NCBI GenBank assembly: GCA_047495785.1
Contig: JBLDXI010000042.1
Location: 2,976,001 to 3,040,000 of the forward strand
Direction: 5' to 3'
DNA from: Lepidodermella squamata
Lineage: Eukaryota > Animalia > Gastrotricha
Length of the DNA: 64,000 nt
Shown: positions 21,425 to 34,877 of the stretch, piece after piece
Position numbering within the stretch: the first letter of the stretch is position 1
Layout: every line of letters starts with the position of its first letter
Program-made: the position numbers and the translations under genes
Notes under the pieces: generated by a model
What the model was told of the DNA's origin: nothing
Database searches by the model: none
The model's input: the letters and a program-made list of their open reading frames with translations, nothing else

Positions 21425-23283
21425 ATGTATCGTTGTCAAGATTGGAGAACATGCCTGGACGAAACAGACATAGAAATGGCGCGATCGACAAAGGTAAGAA
21501 TTAATACGGGCCCTCAGGATAAAATTAAAATGTTTGGCACAGTGCCATGGATTACTAAGGATGTACATTATTGGAGGGGTTATTCGCAGAACTGCATGGT
21601 GTTTGCTAGTAGCTGGATCTCTGTCCTTATTTTTCTACTTGGTGAGTGACCGCGTGCAGACTTTCGCGGCTTTTCAGTTGAAGACCGACGTTTCGACTGT
21701 TTACGAACACAAAATGCGATTCCCTGCAGTCACTATCTGCAACTTCAACATGTTCTCCTCGAACCTGATGAACAGTTTCGACTATCAATTGGTCGAGAAT
21801 GTTTCCCTAGGGCTAGCCATTGAAGTTAAAATGCTGAATGCATCAGCTATTAATTTAAATGGGAGCTTGGACTCTTTACTTGAAAAATACAACACTGTCG
21901 AAAGGGATCTCCGCAAGAGATATAACGGTTAGCTAACTTGAAAAATGTATTCCTAACGCAATGCTAATGACTTCATTCAGTCACATCATTCAATACAAGC
22001 GCTTGGATGGATCGAAAAAGTTGGCAACTGAAACCGGAAGTTTTTGAGTGCAAATTCGGGGAACAACCATGTGGCATTGAGGTACCCACAATTAATACGA
22101 AGCTTTCTTCAATTTCTAAAATTCAATGAATTCCAGAACTTTACGACGACGCTCACTCGATATGGGAAATGCTACGCATTTAATTGGGAGCCAGATATCG
22201 ATAGATTCCAAGTTTGGCCCGGTTCGAGTGGCGGTTTGTCGTTGCATATAAACATAAATCAGGTAGTTTCGGGGTTTACATGGCAATCTGTAACACTGTA
22301 AATGTCCCAGGATAATTATACACCTTACCGATTGTTTGGGGAGCTGCAGACAGCGGTATGTAGACGCAAGTGTGTTGGGGTTCGACGTACAAAATGTCCT
22401 TCTCTAGGCTGGGATAAAAGTTATTCTTCACGAGCCCTCAGAACCGGCTGACTCCGCTTTTGGAATTGCTGCTATGCCTGGTTTTACTTTGCACTTACCC
22501 CTTCGTACGCAGATATTCGAGACAGTGAACAACGCGCCGTGGAATGTTTGCGGGGACAGGTCTCTATTTAAAGGGCAATTCAAGTTTTACAGCCTGAAGG
22601 GCTGTTTCGCTCTGTGCGCAGCTACACTTTACCTTGTTAAATGCAACTGCACTCCGTGGTTTCTGCCCCAACTGGATGAGCAACTAGGCTTCGATAAACC
22701 CAATCAGCCTGTGTGTTCCATTGCAGAAACTACTTTCTGCGAGCAGGTCAAAATATCAGAAGATGACCGGTTGAAGTGTGTCAATGATTGTGCGGAGGCT
22801 TGTAAGAGCTACGAATATGAATATAGCCCATCTTATTCTCAATATCCTATACTTACTAAAAGTGCTTTGAATTCATCTCAGCTGAGCTCGGGCAACGGGA
22901 CCTCAGATCTGAAAGGTAGTCGCTTTCGAAATGACTGGTTGAGGGTCAAAGTTTACTACGAGCAGTTCCGAACAGTCTCTCGGCGAAGTTATGAAGCCTA
23001 CACATTCAGTCAATTCCTGGGTGAGATCTACAGCACTTCTTCGTTATTTGCTGGCTTCAGCGTGATAACGTTTTTCGAATTGCTGGAATATCCTTTCCTG
23101 AAAGTTTATCGCCGATGGCTTTGGCCTATATGGATAAAGCGACAAATGAGGCTGCAACAAAGTAGGCGAAGAGATCCTGTAGCCACAGTCAGCGATAATG
23201 TTGACAAAAAAGAAAGACATGGTATGGATTCCCTAGTAAAAATTTTCGTAATTTCTGCTGCGGCGCGTAACACAGCAGCGTGA
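21425..23283 (+). CDS. DEG/ENaC (ASIC-like) amiloride-sensitive channel subunit
   Basis: Spliced: STK|CHG pre-TM1 motif, TM1, FPAVTICNFN, YGKCYAFN, GLSLHININQ, GIKVILH, Cys-rich thumb, TM2 LFAGFSVITFFELLE. At least 6 exons. The 3' end may splice at 23222 to a short last exon near 23328-23420. Confidence 0.9.
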
Positions 23284-24253
23284 GTCCGAGTCAAAATGCG
23301 TAATATTGCTGTTCCTTCAACTTTTAGAGCCTCGATCATGGGAAATTCTTTTCAAAATGAAAGATAGCTCCAGTCTTCATTCGAGCAAATCGAAAATGGC
23401 TCAAAATGAAAAATCCTGATAAAGATCGATTAGCTAAACTTCGTTATTTTGATAATAAGAAGACGTCATTTCGCCCGCTTTTTCACAAAGGCCTAATATT
23501 ATACTGTGTGGTGATTTTAGGAGCTCAGGTTTATTCAACTAACTCGGATGGTCTTTTACAGCCCGGATCGCCCGGAATTGACCGCAATCAGATGAAAGGT
23601 TCTGATTCACAGCAATTAAATTCTACAACCGGAAATTAAAAAAAATGGCGATTACCAATTTTTATTTCTTCCTAACTCCTAACCCATCAACTTTCTTCCT
23701 TGAGTCCTGTTCTAATGAGGCTTGCAGAAAAGGTTAGCGCTGGCTAGATCTATCTACTGGTGAAAACCGCATCTCAAAATTATTGTTGACGAAATATTGT
23801 GTTATTTTCAGTCGGTATTTTATGACATCGGGCATCGGCGACATCGTGGCAACGGTGTTCGTTTAAAATCAGTTCGAATTGCAAGGTTACGCCTAATTAA
23901 AAGTGCTTTTATCAGAACAGTTGGAATTTTTTGAAATCCAATTTAACAACCCATTAAATTTTTTATTAGGACATTGAAAATTGACGACTTGAGTCGCGTA
24001 ATCGGAGTCCACTCGATTACGCAGTGGCGTTGCGCAATCACTGCTCCCCTCATTTCCATTCGCAAAATTTAAGAGCAATTTTTCTTATGAGTTTATTAGG
24101 CAGACAATTAATTCGAATAAATGGGTTTATTTATAATTTATAGTGCGACGGCTCGCGGCGGTCATGTCCCTACCATAACCGTGCCATATTTCCTGGCCCG
24201 CGGAGGCTGTCCACGATTTCCTCTTATTCCTATTTTTTGTATTTTGATTTTCG

Positions 24254-24755
24254 ATGGAAACATTGAAAAATTGTAAGTTTTTTCTGAAGTAATTAAAAAC
24301 TCGTCTTTGCTGTTTATCTGAAAATTTCTCTACTATCCAGGCAGCTCAAAAACCAAAGGGCCCTGATTTTAGTCTTTTAGAACAAACGACGGGACAAAAT
24401 ATTGCATCGACACTCGCCGTTTTTCAAAATCCTGAAAGAAAATCAAAATCTGGCGAGTTGCAGGGCGTTCAGGTAACTTGGACATTTTATATATGCGAGG
24501 TATTAAATTTCTTGAATTTTCGAACAATAGATGGTGCTTCATTTGGCCGATATCGGACTGATTTCGGACAACGGAGGCAAAGGCGGTGGGGACGAATACG
24601 CCGCCGAGGGTAAATTGTCATCGAATTCAACTTCTCGCTGCTTAGAATCAATCGCAATTCAAAGAAACGCAAATCAGACGGATCCTCACAGGCTTTGGGA
24701 AAGAAGAAGCCTAAACCGGAAAACTCTGTCAAGCCAAAGAAAATTCTGTCTCTAA
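24254..24755 (+). CDS. Possible small spliced gene of unknown function
   Basis: ATG at 24254, donors at about 24273 and 24473, and acceptors at about 24344 and 24530 give an open frame. No recognisable domain. Confidence 0.25.
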
Positions 24756-25868
24756 CTTGCGGCCTTGCTGGCGCTGAATTGTTGTGAACAAGCTGGCTAA
24801 ACACAGTATATGCTATTGACTCAAACTTTTTCGCGCTCATCATCACATTGTGAAACTGCTATCTTGCTGATTTTCCGACGTTTTACTGTGCTTTTTGCGA
24901 ATATAATCAAGATTAACATTAAATTTGAACCAATTAAACTTTCCAAAATAAACTGCATATGTTAACTAATGAGAATGGCGTTGGTCTTCTTAACGTTGAA
25001 TGCAGATTCTATCAGAAAATAAACTCATGGAAATTTTCATTTTGATGCAGAATAAGAAGTTGATCATATTCTTCATAATGGGCCATTTTGATTAATCAAA
25101 CTTTGCCTCAGAACTCAAAATGCGCCACATTGATGGTCCGATAAGGCTATTGATTATGGTGCATTACGATGCTCCAAAATTTACGAAAATCGTGTCATTT
25201 TGGGCCTTTGTATACGTCTTTTTTGCACTAGGGTTTCAATCGAGTCCATACATTCCATCTGTCCCAAAATGAACCACTCAGCTTTAAAAAACGGCCGGCA
25301 ATGCTAAGGAAAGCAGCCATCGAGATGACGCATTTTCGACGAATGGCTCACCCGCAAATTTTTCATCCTATGCACAACACAAGGAGAGATTCTCATGCTG
25401 AAATAGAACAAGCTTCTTCTCCGAACTTGGATCGGCCTATTGCGCGACGGCAAACGTTGGCTGACATCTTTCATGATATCGGAATGACCATGCGCAGCGA
25501 ATTGAGCTGATTCTGTTATGCTTCTGTTTAGCTAAGATAAGGCATTTCTAATACTTTAATCATCCTCGAACTTTGAAGCTATTAATTAATCAATTAATCA
25601 TCCAGTTTACAGTATGACTTGCAAATCAGCGTCTCGTGGCTTCTAAAATGATGGCCAATAAATATAATGCATTTAAAATTTATTCACAATTTTTATGAAT
25701 CGATTGAGGGTAGGTTTTTTTACCTTGAAGCCTCCAAAAATCTGCTTTCAAGTGCCCACGCTCATTTTTTCAGTACTTCCGTCTTCACGATATCATCACG
25801 AGCGACAACGATGCAACAAACAAGTAAACACGGGACGGAAGTATATACAGTCGATTTTTCAGCGATGT

Positions 25869-26296
25869 CTATCCAGTATCGTCGAACTTTCCATCCATAA
25901 TATCCTGAGCGTGCATTTGAGCCCAAATATAAAACGGAACGCCTTTATTTTCGCAGATGGCTCTCGATCTAAACTTCTCTAAGCATTTTTCCATTCTTTG
26001 ATCCTGAATCTTGGTCTTGACTCGCTGTAATAGGTCTAGCACCTTCCTTTTAGTAGCTTGATCTTTGCCGGCAACCTTGATGATTTTATCGGCGTTTTCT
26101 ACAAACCAAGCGGAAATTTTCAAGTAAAAAATCAATGGGCGGACTTTTTACCTTCAACTTTGCTTGCCAGATGATTCGCAAGCATTCTCTGCACATCGTT
26201 GATTGAACTTGCCGAAGCAAGGACGAAGAATATCGAGGAAAGCACAAATGCAGTCTTGAAAAAATGTGCTATTCGAGTTTCCGGCTGCAGTGTCAT
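25869..26296 (-). CDS. Secreted C-x9-C/WAQ family protein 1
   Basis: Signal peptide; phase-1 intron 26099-26151; QRMEKCLEKFRSRAICENKGVPFYIWAQMHAQDIMDGKFD. Confidence 0.8.
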
Positions 26297-27432
26297 CGTA
26301 TAATATCACGGACCTCTATAAAATTGAAAATACGAAGTGGGGAGCTAATGCATGAGACAGGTTAGGTTTGACATCAGAGACTACACGCATTTTCCAGTTC
26401 CATTTTCTGCTGTGATCCGTCATCCGTCGAAAGTATGCACCCATTTTGAGTGCCTTTCGCCGAAGGATAAACAACCTCAGACTGATTAAAAAATGCCCAC
26501 GATGAGTGGGAAGTTGCAAGAAAACGATCGGAATCATTTTTGTCCCATGCCCTACATGAGATTTACTATAAGACACAGAAAATCAGACATGTCATTTTTC
26601 ATTTTCCATTTTTTTTAATGAGAGGCGAAGTCCAACTTGCTGCTGTTTTACTATGTATAAAGGGTGAAAATTCACAGTTCGGACGCGCTATGTTTTCGAG
26701 AAATATCATGGAAGCTTCGAAGCCGTGTGCGCTTTAGAAGGGACCATATATTTCTCATTTTAATAACTGCACCAAAACAGCTAAAGACCGAAAACCCCCT
26801 CTTATTGCTGGTCACCGCAGTGACAGGTGACAGCCTGCCCTAAAACTAGAAAATGAAATAGATAGGTCCGCCGTTAACAATGTTGTATTCAGGTAACTCA
26901 TCGGAAAATTCCTCAAGTAAGAAAGCACCATTGAAAAGGGTTATAACTTTTGGTTGAAAATGATGCGGCCGACGCTACACTCGACCATGGCTATTGCCTC
27001 TAGGACGAAAGAGTTGCATGAAAGGAGTCATGATTAGAAAAGCAATCGAAACTATATGCCTACGAAATATTTTCATAATGTCGATCAACTCCGGGCGTAG
27101 ATTGCCGCTCCTGCGTGCGAATGAATGAGCGAACTAGCTCTAGTTTAAGAATCAATGTCCAAGCTGTGGTTTTTCAATGAATGAAATATTTGTATGACGC
27201 AATTTTCACGTTCACACCCGCGCGCTTCCAATTAGTGATATTAGTTTTATTATTAACAGGTCTAATAATTTCTTAAGTGATTTTCCTAATCCGACATAAA
27301 TACTATCATTGACGCCTTCGGCATTATCAAAATTACTCACAGAAAGAACAGGAATAACTTTATTGATTCTCGAAAAGTCGCGACAGTAAAATTTACAGCT
27401 GCTACGTTTGGACAACGCTTGGCCTATTCCAT

Positions 27433-27955
27433 TTAGGTCCTCGCCGCTATCACTTCCTCGGGCGTAAAGCCATCGTATTTACCCGACATGATGTCCTTGG
27501 CTTGAGACTGAGCCCACATGAAGAAAGATGCCTTGTTCTCGCAAATCGCTCTAGATTTGAAAACCGACAAGCACAGCTCGAATCGCTGCTTCTTTTTGTT
27601 CCGCTCAGACATAACTTCCAGGGCTTTGAGAACCGCGGATGCCTCGCCAGTTACCGCTCCTTTCTTTTTCGAAGCCTCGGCTGCTTTCGTAAACTTTATG
27701 AGACTGTTCAAAATTTTAAAAATGTTATTTACCTTTAACCATAGCTGCAAATTTGTTGAGGCGTTGTAGGGATCGAACTGTATCTTCCCATTGGGAAGCT
27801 TTAGTTTTCAGAAAATTGAAAGGCATGATCGCGGGTTTTTCAGGCATTTCGTCCATCGAGTCGATCTCCATAGACAAATCCTGTGCAACAATCAGCCTCT
27901 CGCTGATAAGAACCGATAGCACTCCAAAAACGATAAATTGGAAATAGTAGTTCAT
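27433..27955 (-). CDS. Secreted C-x9-C/WAQ family protein 2
   Basis: Signal MNYYFQFIVFGVLSVLIS; one intron; QRFELCLSVFKSRAICENKASFFMWAQSQAKDIMSGKYD. Confidence 0.82.
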
Positions 27956-28599
27956 TTTTAATCGAAATCTATGGTAAAGAATGAATAGCTTTGAAAGTAT
28001 TTGCTCTGCTTAAGAAGTATTCTAATTGAAATTAGCACGCGTCACTCTTTTTTCGGCTGAATGAACTCTGAAAGCTCAGCCTATCTTATTAAATTATACT
28101 AAATGAAGTATGGAAGTAATGGGGTATGACTGTTAAATATGCCAAAGTTTGCCGTTTGAAAAATATGCGTGAGGGGGTCGCGTTTCATGTTGCTGAAATC
28201 GTGGGCAGGCGCATATTTTTCGCCCTTATACTTTAAAAGAAATCATACATTAAATATCTGCAAAGTAGTTCCTGCGCGGCCGCGACTTCCGCGCTCAAAT
28301 GGCGCGTGCCAAACCCTATCGTACTGACAGGCTGGGTGAAAATATTAAGCAAAACGGAAACTGACTCACGAGCATCACTCTGCCTACTAGATCACGATCC
28401 AAACAGAGCAAGCGGAAGGATTGAATGTCGAACGGACCTTCTCGATGAAACTTCATTCACGGGCAAGATAATCAATCAAACACCTCTAACATCGATGTTT
28501 ATTAAAATTTTTGTCGACGAAAGTTGCATGGCCGCTAAAGTAATTAAATTTTTATTAATCGTGGCGATTATTACATTTTTGTTTGGGTTAGGCACATAA

Positions 28600-29070
28600 T
28601 CAATGTAGGTATTGACGTAAAAGCCTGTCGTATTTTCCGGCTAGTATATCCTTGGCTTGCGACTGCGCCCAAACGAAGAAGGGCGCTTTGTTTTCGCAAA
28701 CAGCTCGTGAAAAAACTGATATGCATAACTCGATTCGCTGCTTTTTTATATTACGTCCTGACACGATTCTAAGGTTCCTCAAAATTGCCGCCTCCTGCTT
28801 TGAACCAGGCGCGGCTGAAAGAGATTAAAAAGGTCAACGTCCATTCTGGGGTCAAATTTCCCAGCAAAGTTTACCTTTCAGTAGGGCGGAAAATCGGGTC
28901 ATTGATATCATTGAAATCGCAGCCTTCTTCCAATCATGTCTGCTAGCTTTTTGAGAGCTGTTTCCAACAGCAACCGTGGCATTGAAGGTGACGCCAATGC
29001 TTTCGCTTGTTGCTACTTCATATGCGAGATAAATCAGCAACCAGCTGCAGGTTATTGTTGAAAGATACAT
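28600..29070 (-). CDS. Secreted C-x9-C/WAQ family protein 3
   Basis: Signal peptide; one intron; QRIELCISVFSRAVCENKAPFFVWAQSQAKDILAGKYD (C-x8-C in this copy). Confidence 0.8.
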
Positions 29071-29445
29071 GGAAAATACTGCTAAAGCATTGCTGTCCTC
29101 TCGTAAATTCGAAAGTGATGCTGTCTGTTGGTTCTTGTAACCTCGTGTTTACCGATACTTACTCGCAGACGATCAACAGGAAAATATTCGTGAGCTTGAT
29201 GCGAATTAACCGACATGTGCGAGGATGAGAACGTGATATATTCTCGAACTTGACACTTTGGACAATTTGGAGAGCACGAATATCGGACGGTGTCTAAGTG
29301 TATACGCCACCCGGTGGAACATCCAGAATTAGTACACTCATTCAATAAATTTACGAGAAAAACCATGTTGTGTTACTTTCAATTTTATTTTTTACAATAG
29401 AATAGGCATATCGAAGGAAATCTTTTAACTTTCACCCGTTCCAAG

Positions 29446-29855
29446 CTAGCGCTTCCCAGGAACACTTGCTTTGCCTGACATAATGTCTTGCGCGTGCATT
29501 TGTGCCCATACGAAAAATGAAGACTTGTTCTCGCAGATTATCCGCGAGTTGAAAACTGCTAAGCATTGTTCCATTCGCTGCTTCAGCTTTTGCTTCTCGA
29601 TAATTTTCTTCCAAACTAGAGCGGCAACTAATGCATCTGGGTCGTTTGCCTGATCAGATTTAGGTTGGCTACTTTTAGCTACAAAAAAATGAATATTTCC
29701 AATGTTCAGATTTCTCATTGATTCTCAAACCAACCTTTTATCAAATCAGCTAACTTCTGAAGTTTCGAGAATTTATCACCTTCAATAGCTGCCACGAAAA
29801 CGTTAATGAAAATAATCGTTATTAGCACTAATGCGGATAAAATTTGATTTGCCAT
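29446..29855 (-). CDS. Secreted C-x9-C/WAQ family protein 4
   Basis: Signal MANQILSALVLITIIFINVFVAA; one intron; QRMEQCLAVFNSRIICENKSSFFVWAQMHAQDIMSGK. Confidence 0.8.
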
Positions 29856-30159
29856 TGGCCAAAAAATAACAATGAAACATAGAAAGGCTTCGTAACAGTT
29901 ATGAGGCATTCTAAATTTCATAAGGCGCGTCATCCTTCCGCAGAGACGCATATTAGTCCTCGGGCGGGGCATGCAGGATGTATTCGTAGCAAATTGCTTT
30001 CGTGGAAGCTAATCGCCGACAAAAAAACAGCGTAACTTTCCAACAGTATCATGAGCTGATAAATCCCACGCCGCATTTTTCATTCTTAATATTTATCCAG
30101 GCTGAAATTCTTTCTGAATAAATAAGCGGAAGAATAAATTGTGTCATTTCTTTTATTAA

Positions 30160-30694
30160 TCAATTTGATCCTAAATAGTCGTATTTTCCAGACAGAATGT
30201 CGCGAGCTTTTTTCTTTGCCCAGATGAAGAAAGGTATTCGGTTCTCACAAATCGCCCGCGAGTTGAATGTAGCTAGACATTTAGCCATTCTTTGCTCCTG
30301 AATCCGTTTCTTGAGGAGTCGCTGAACGTAGCTAGTTAGCCATTTCCAATGTTTGTGAGCTGCTAAGACTTCTTGAAGACCAGCTTCATCCACGACTGCT
30401 ACTTGCTCTATATATCCTTTGAAGGCATATACATATAAGGTTTAAAGAACTAATCACCGCGTTCGAAATTTTACCTTGCAATCCCGTTTGGAGGAGATCG
30501 ATCTTTTTCCGAAAAACATCGGCTTTTTTCGGTAGGTTTTGGTGCTGGAAGGAATTCAGGTGGGAGATTTTAGTAGCCTGCCCGAAAGCACGGCTTCCGA
30601 CAGCTTTTTTGAAGTCAGCAGTAGAACAGTAGGCTATTTCGACTGAATGGAGAATGCAGACAAATATTGTTAATGTCGAATCGAACCTCCACAT
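30160..30694 (-). CDS. Secreted C-x9-C/WAQ family protein 5
   Basis: Signal MWRFDSTLTIFVCILHS; one intron; QRMAKCLATFNSRAICENRIPFFIWAKKKARDILSGKYD. Confidence 0.8.
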
Positions 30695-31130
30695 GTTGAA
30701 TTGATCCAGATAGACGAACTTCGCCACAATTCAGAATCCGTGTTAATTAAAAGGTGGCTATCAATTAGTAATCACCAGGACGTGACACTGATTGAAGGCA
30801 GCGTTCGCCCTTGAACTAATTCCAGCTTCTAGCCTTTTGTTACGAATCACGGGACTCCGTATCCTAATATAGTCTACCCTGTAATGAGAAATGTCTGTGG
30901 ATTAATCATGGATTGACGGTTTGTGATTATCGATAACGCGTAGTTTGTTTTTTCTGAGACCAAATCGAACAATTTTTTCAGGGCATATAACAGCAAACAA
31001 AGTGAGGCTGCTTCCCGCTTTCGTCACCTTTCGAGAGGTGGCCAATTTTAATCATGATAGCAAACAATTTCCGTATAAGGATCAGGTTGAAACGAAATTC
31101 CCACATATTATTCAGAAGTAATCACGGTTT

Positions 31131-31549
31131 TTATAGAGCAAAGCGCTGAAGGGCAAGAGCCACAACTGCAGCCATGAAGATTCCTAACCGAGGGGCACTG
31201 GTTAGAGGCAAAGCGGCATTGCAGTAATCTGTCGAACAGCAAAATATGTCGTACCTGGTTCGGAAGGCATAAATTGCATTGCGAAAACTAAGGCCGATTA
31301 TTATTCTTACGCTAGATTGCTTGTTGCTGAGCAACCGCTAGTCATGCAGGTCTTGAGGATTTGGTAGTCGAACAAGTGGTAGTAAATAGTCATGCATGTT
31401 GAGTTCTGATTCGTTGGGCACAGGGAGTCTGTTCCCCTGCCCGTGCCCGTGATCGATCCGCAATTCGCACATTGGTAGCAGCGCAAGCAATAAACAGCAC
31501 TTGCGAAGAACGACATCACCAGTAGTATGGGCGTGAGATTCCTATGCAT
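31131..31549 (-). CDS. Ly6/uPAR (LU, three-finger) GPI-anchored protein, canonical type
   Basis: Signal peptide; LRCYQCANC...CP...TC...KTC..GC; second exon CCSTDYCN followed by a hydrophobic GPI-signal tail. Confidence 0.88.
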
Positions 31550-31678
31550 TTCGATTTATAAATCTAATAGTGAAAAAAATGTAACCGAATTGAAAATCTC
31601 TTGATATCATGTATGCAGCTATTGGCAACCAATGCTCTCATATAAGCTCATTGTGTTCAAAATTTAGGTGGAATGAAA

Positions 31679-32279
31679 TCAGAAGATTCGATGCAGCCGT
31701 GAAAATAGAGCTGCTGCAAGAATAGAGGCCGTTCCGAGGATAGCTGCTGGTTCCAATCGGCCCGCGAAATTACAGTTGTTCGTATCGCAGCAATAGACCT
31801 GTGCAATTAGTGTAGCGGTCGTAGCTGTGCACTGAAAAAACGGAGCAATTGTTAGCATTCAGCCTTCTCTAAAGTCAAATTCTCACCTCCGGTGTGCAGC
31901 CTGAAGACAATACGTTGATTTAGAATGTAGAAATTATACAGTAGAAAATATGAAAACAATTGCTGGAACCAACCTTTATTCACTATAGTATAACCAGCCT
32001 GTGGGGAAAATAATTATGAGTAAAATAACCAGTGCCGCTGTCTCAACTTACGATGGAAATGTAACTCTTGAAGCAATACTTAGCATCCGTTCCGTTGAAT
32101 GCGTTGCAAGGCGCAGGAGATCCTGTACCCGAACAAGATGCGCATACTGTGCAGTTGGTTACGATAGCCGAAACGGAGCTCGGACCAAACTGGCCGCCCC
32201 ATGATCCTGCTAACACCATGAGAACAGCTGCTGAAGCGATGTGCATTGCAAGAGTCGTGAAGATCGAGCTATTCGTCAT
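31679..32279 (-). CDS. Ly6/uPAR GPI-anchored protein with two micro-exons
   Basis: TNCTVCASC...PC...YCFK | AGYTIVNKG (31974-31998) | CTPE (31887-31900) | CTATT...YCCDTNNCN, then a hydrophobic tail. Confidence 0.82.
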
Positions 32280-33145
32280 TTTGCGGAAGTAAACTTTCCT
32301 AGAATGGGGCGATTGAGGTTTATATCTTGATTAAAATGCGGCTCGCGTTCCGCCTCTACGACAAGCGTCAGAGTTTGCTCAAGCTGTAAATGGTGTTACG
32401 GATCAAGACACTTGAGAAGCAATTTCTCCATCAAGGTGATTCTTTCACAATCTCAGAAAGAGCATAGATCATAGATCATAGATTATATAGAGGAAGATCA
32501 TGTTTCCTGTAGAACTTGGCGCTAGTAAAACAGGATTGTGAAAGCTGATTTTGGTAGCATATCGAAGAATCTCGAAACGCTGCTCATCTGGTAATGCCTC
32601 AGTAAAGATTCTGTACTGGGCCCCTGGCTGATGAAACTGGTGTGCAAGCTTCACGATCTTCGCGTCAATATACTAAAGGTACCGCAGGATAATCTAGTGA
32701 ATTAGTGACGCGCATAGTTGTAATTAGTTTTTCATATCTAAACATCATTTACAACAGCGTGGTGAGAGGCGACGTAGTATTCCCCGTTACGCCACCATTT
32801 ATGGAGACCTGCCAGTGGGCGCAACGAATAAAATGACAACAATGCGCCGGGCGCTTGTGACGTTTTAATATACTGCTACCTTGAACATTTCAACCCACGA
32901 TTTTTTAATTGCGCTCATATAATGTTGCGTCGGCGGGTAAAAACAAGCTCGGTATATAGTTGACTCCAAGATGCACTCTTTATTGAAATATACAAAAAAC
33001 GAGTATTCACCTGCTTCCTGTTTCTTTCATGATGCTACAACTCAAATATTTTCATTTTGTGGTAGTTTTTCAAAATTTAGTCGTATTCACTGTATAGTTT
33101 TGCGCTGATTTGACGTTAAAAAGGGAAGGCTATAAAACTGACATC

Positions 33146-33621
33146 AATTCGTCGTGTACGCGGAAAAGTGCTATCTCCGCAAAACGACTTATCGAGATAA
33201 ATCGAGAAAATGTATTTTTCCAACTTTGAGAATCTCGCAACATCGAAATTACATGTTTAACTTGTCGCCGATGTCATTGGGGTAATCGACCCCGCACTTC
33301 GAATGGCGCAATCCTTGTCCTTATAGAATTCGTACTTTTTGCTCTACAGGTAAAAATGGAGACACCTTTTTCACGTAATAACATAGTTTGCGGGCGCCTC
33401 ATGGCTTCATGGCTCCCACATTTTCAATGTTCGCATTTTCAATTTTCTTTTTTTATTTAATCATTGGGTATTCTGATTCGGTGGATATACCTCTTTTGAT
33501 CCCGGAGGAATTTAGATACCGGGTTTTCAAATTATTGTAGAACGCGATGAGTAGATTACGAATCCGTCAAAAAGTCATTTTCGGTCGGGTATGGCACTTT
33601 TTTCCGCGCGCACGACGAATT
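33146..33621. mobile_element. MITE / non-autonomous TIR element
   Basis: Left end aattcgtcgtgtacgcggaaaagtgc matches the reverse complement of the right end, aattcgtcgtgcgcgcggaaaaaagtgc. Imperfect inverted similarity extends about 50 nt; there is no ORF. Confidence 0.7.
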
Positions 33622-34192
33622 ACTTTATTATCCGTTGCAGCATCCGATACATAACATGTAGCGCTCACGTTTAGCAAAGGCGAGTTTAAAATCTGAGCGT
33701 TTGAGGTCTGAGGTGGAGCAACATTTTGATCGTGTATCATTAATTGAGCAAAGGTGAAACTTTAGTAGTCATTTCGCTCTGCGACTAATGATTTCTCCCG
33801 TTTGAGTGAGAAGTGGTCGTAAGGAAATTATCTCAGGGAAATCTGCGCTATGTCGGCAACGGCCGACTGGCGTTGTGTTTTATTGTTTGGTTTTAATACA
33901 TGAAAATCGAACCAGGGCTACTTTCCGGTTTCTAGTTTGCCTGCCCTACCGCCAATGTATCGATCAATATCTACATTGTTGTCACTATAATGCCCTTATG
34001 AATTCAATGTTTTTTTTAGAATGCACACACTCATCGGTCACTGGATGAGCCAATGCTCCCCAAGCGATGTTTACTCCCACACTGAATATTCAAATTATAA
34101 ATGTCGACTCGGGGCGCTGTCCACCGGTCGGCGCTTTGTCAACACTTTCCTGATTTTCATCAACACCTGTCATATTAATACCTGGATTTCGC

Positions 34193-34607
34193 ATGTCATC
34201 ATTGCTTTGTTATCTGGTCACATTTGTTGTTGTAATCCATTGGATTCAAGCAGAAAATGATGACTCCTCACCAGAGCCTCAACTTCCTCAGCTACTAAGA
34301 TCAGCGCCATGGCTACCCGTACAAGGTATTCATATTAATTCACAGCATGAAAATCGTTTATGTGCAAATCATTGGGATGCCTCTAGATAGGATAGCTAAT
34401 CGGATAGCCTACCTAAAAGAAGTAGCCCCTGAGCTGTGGAAAAAAGTACCTGACGAAATAAAGCATCGTCTATTGCAGCAATCGCGGATGAGAAAATGTT
34501 TGGCACTGCTCGGCTCACGGCGAGTTTGTCAAAACAACGTTACTTTTTATCTATGGGCTCAAATGGTCGCCAAAGACATAATGGCAGGCAAGTATGACGA
34601 TCAATGA
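34193..34607 (+). CDS. Secreted C-x9-C/WAQ family protein 6
   Basis: Signal peptide; phase-1 intron 34326-34386; SRMRKCLALLGSRRVCQNNVTFYLWAQMVAKDIMAGKYD. Confidence 0.8.
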
Positions 34608-34877
34608 TCCTATATGCAGTGTTTCTTTCGTGTGCTGTGTTGCTGTTTTAAAATTTGCTGAATAAATCGCATTTTTTTAATTTGCCTAATCAGCTATCTC
34701 AAACAATCGATTGACATAGACAATTATATATCGGTATTAGGGTGTCCACAAACAATAACAAGTAAATACTTTTTTGGATGAAATTCTCGGAAGTGTAAAA
34801 TATCACACTCCATACCTGGATTTGCCTTATCTCCATGAGAAACCATTCGAACAGCGTCAATTCTTCATTTCATTTAA

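Noticed and set aside
23996-24022. Hairpin gcgtaatcg-N9-cgattacgc
   Set aside because: An isolated 9-bp stem; no element boundaries or RNA family could be established.
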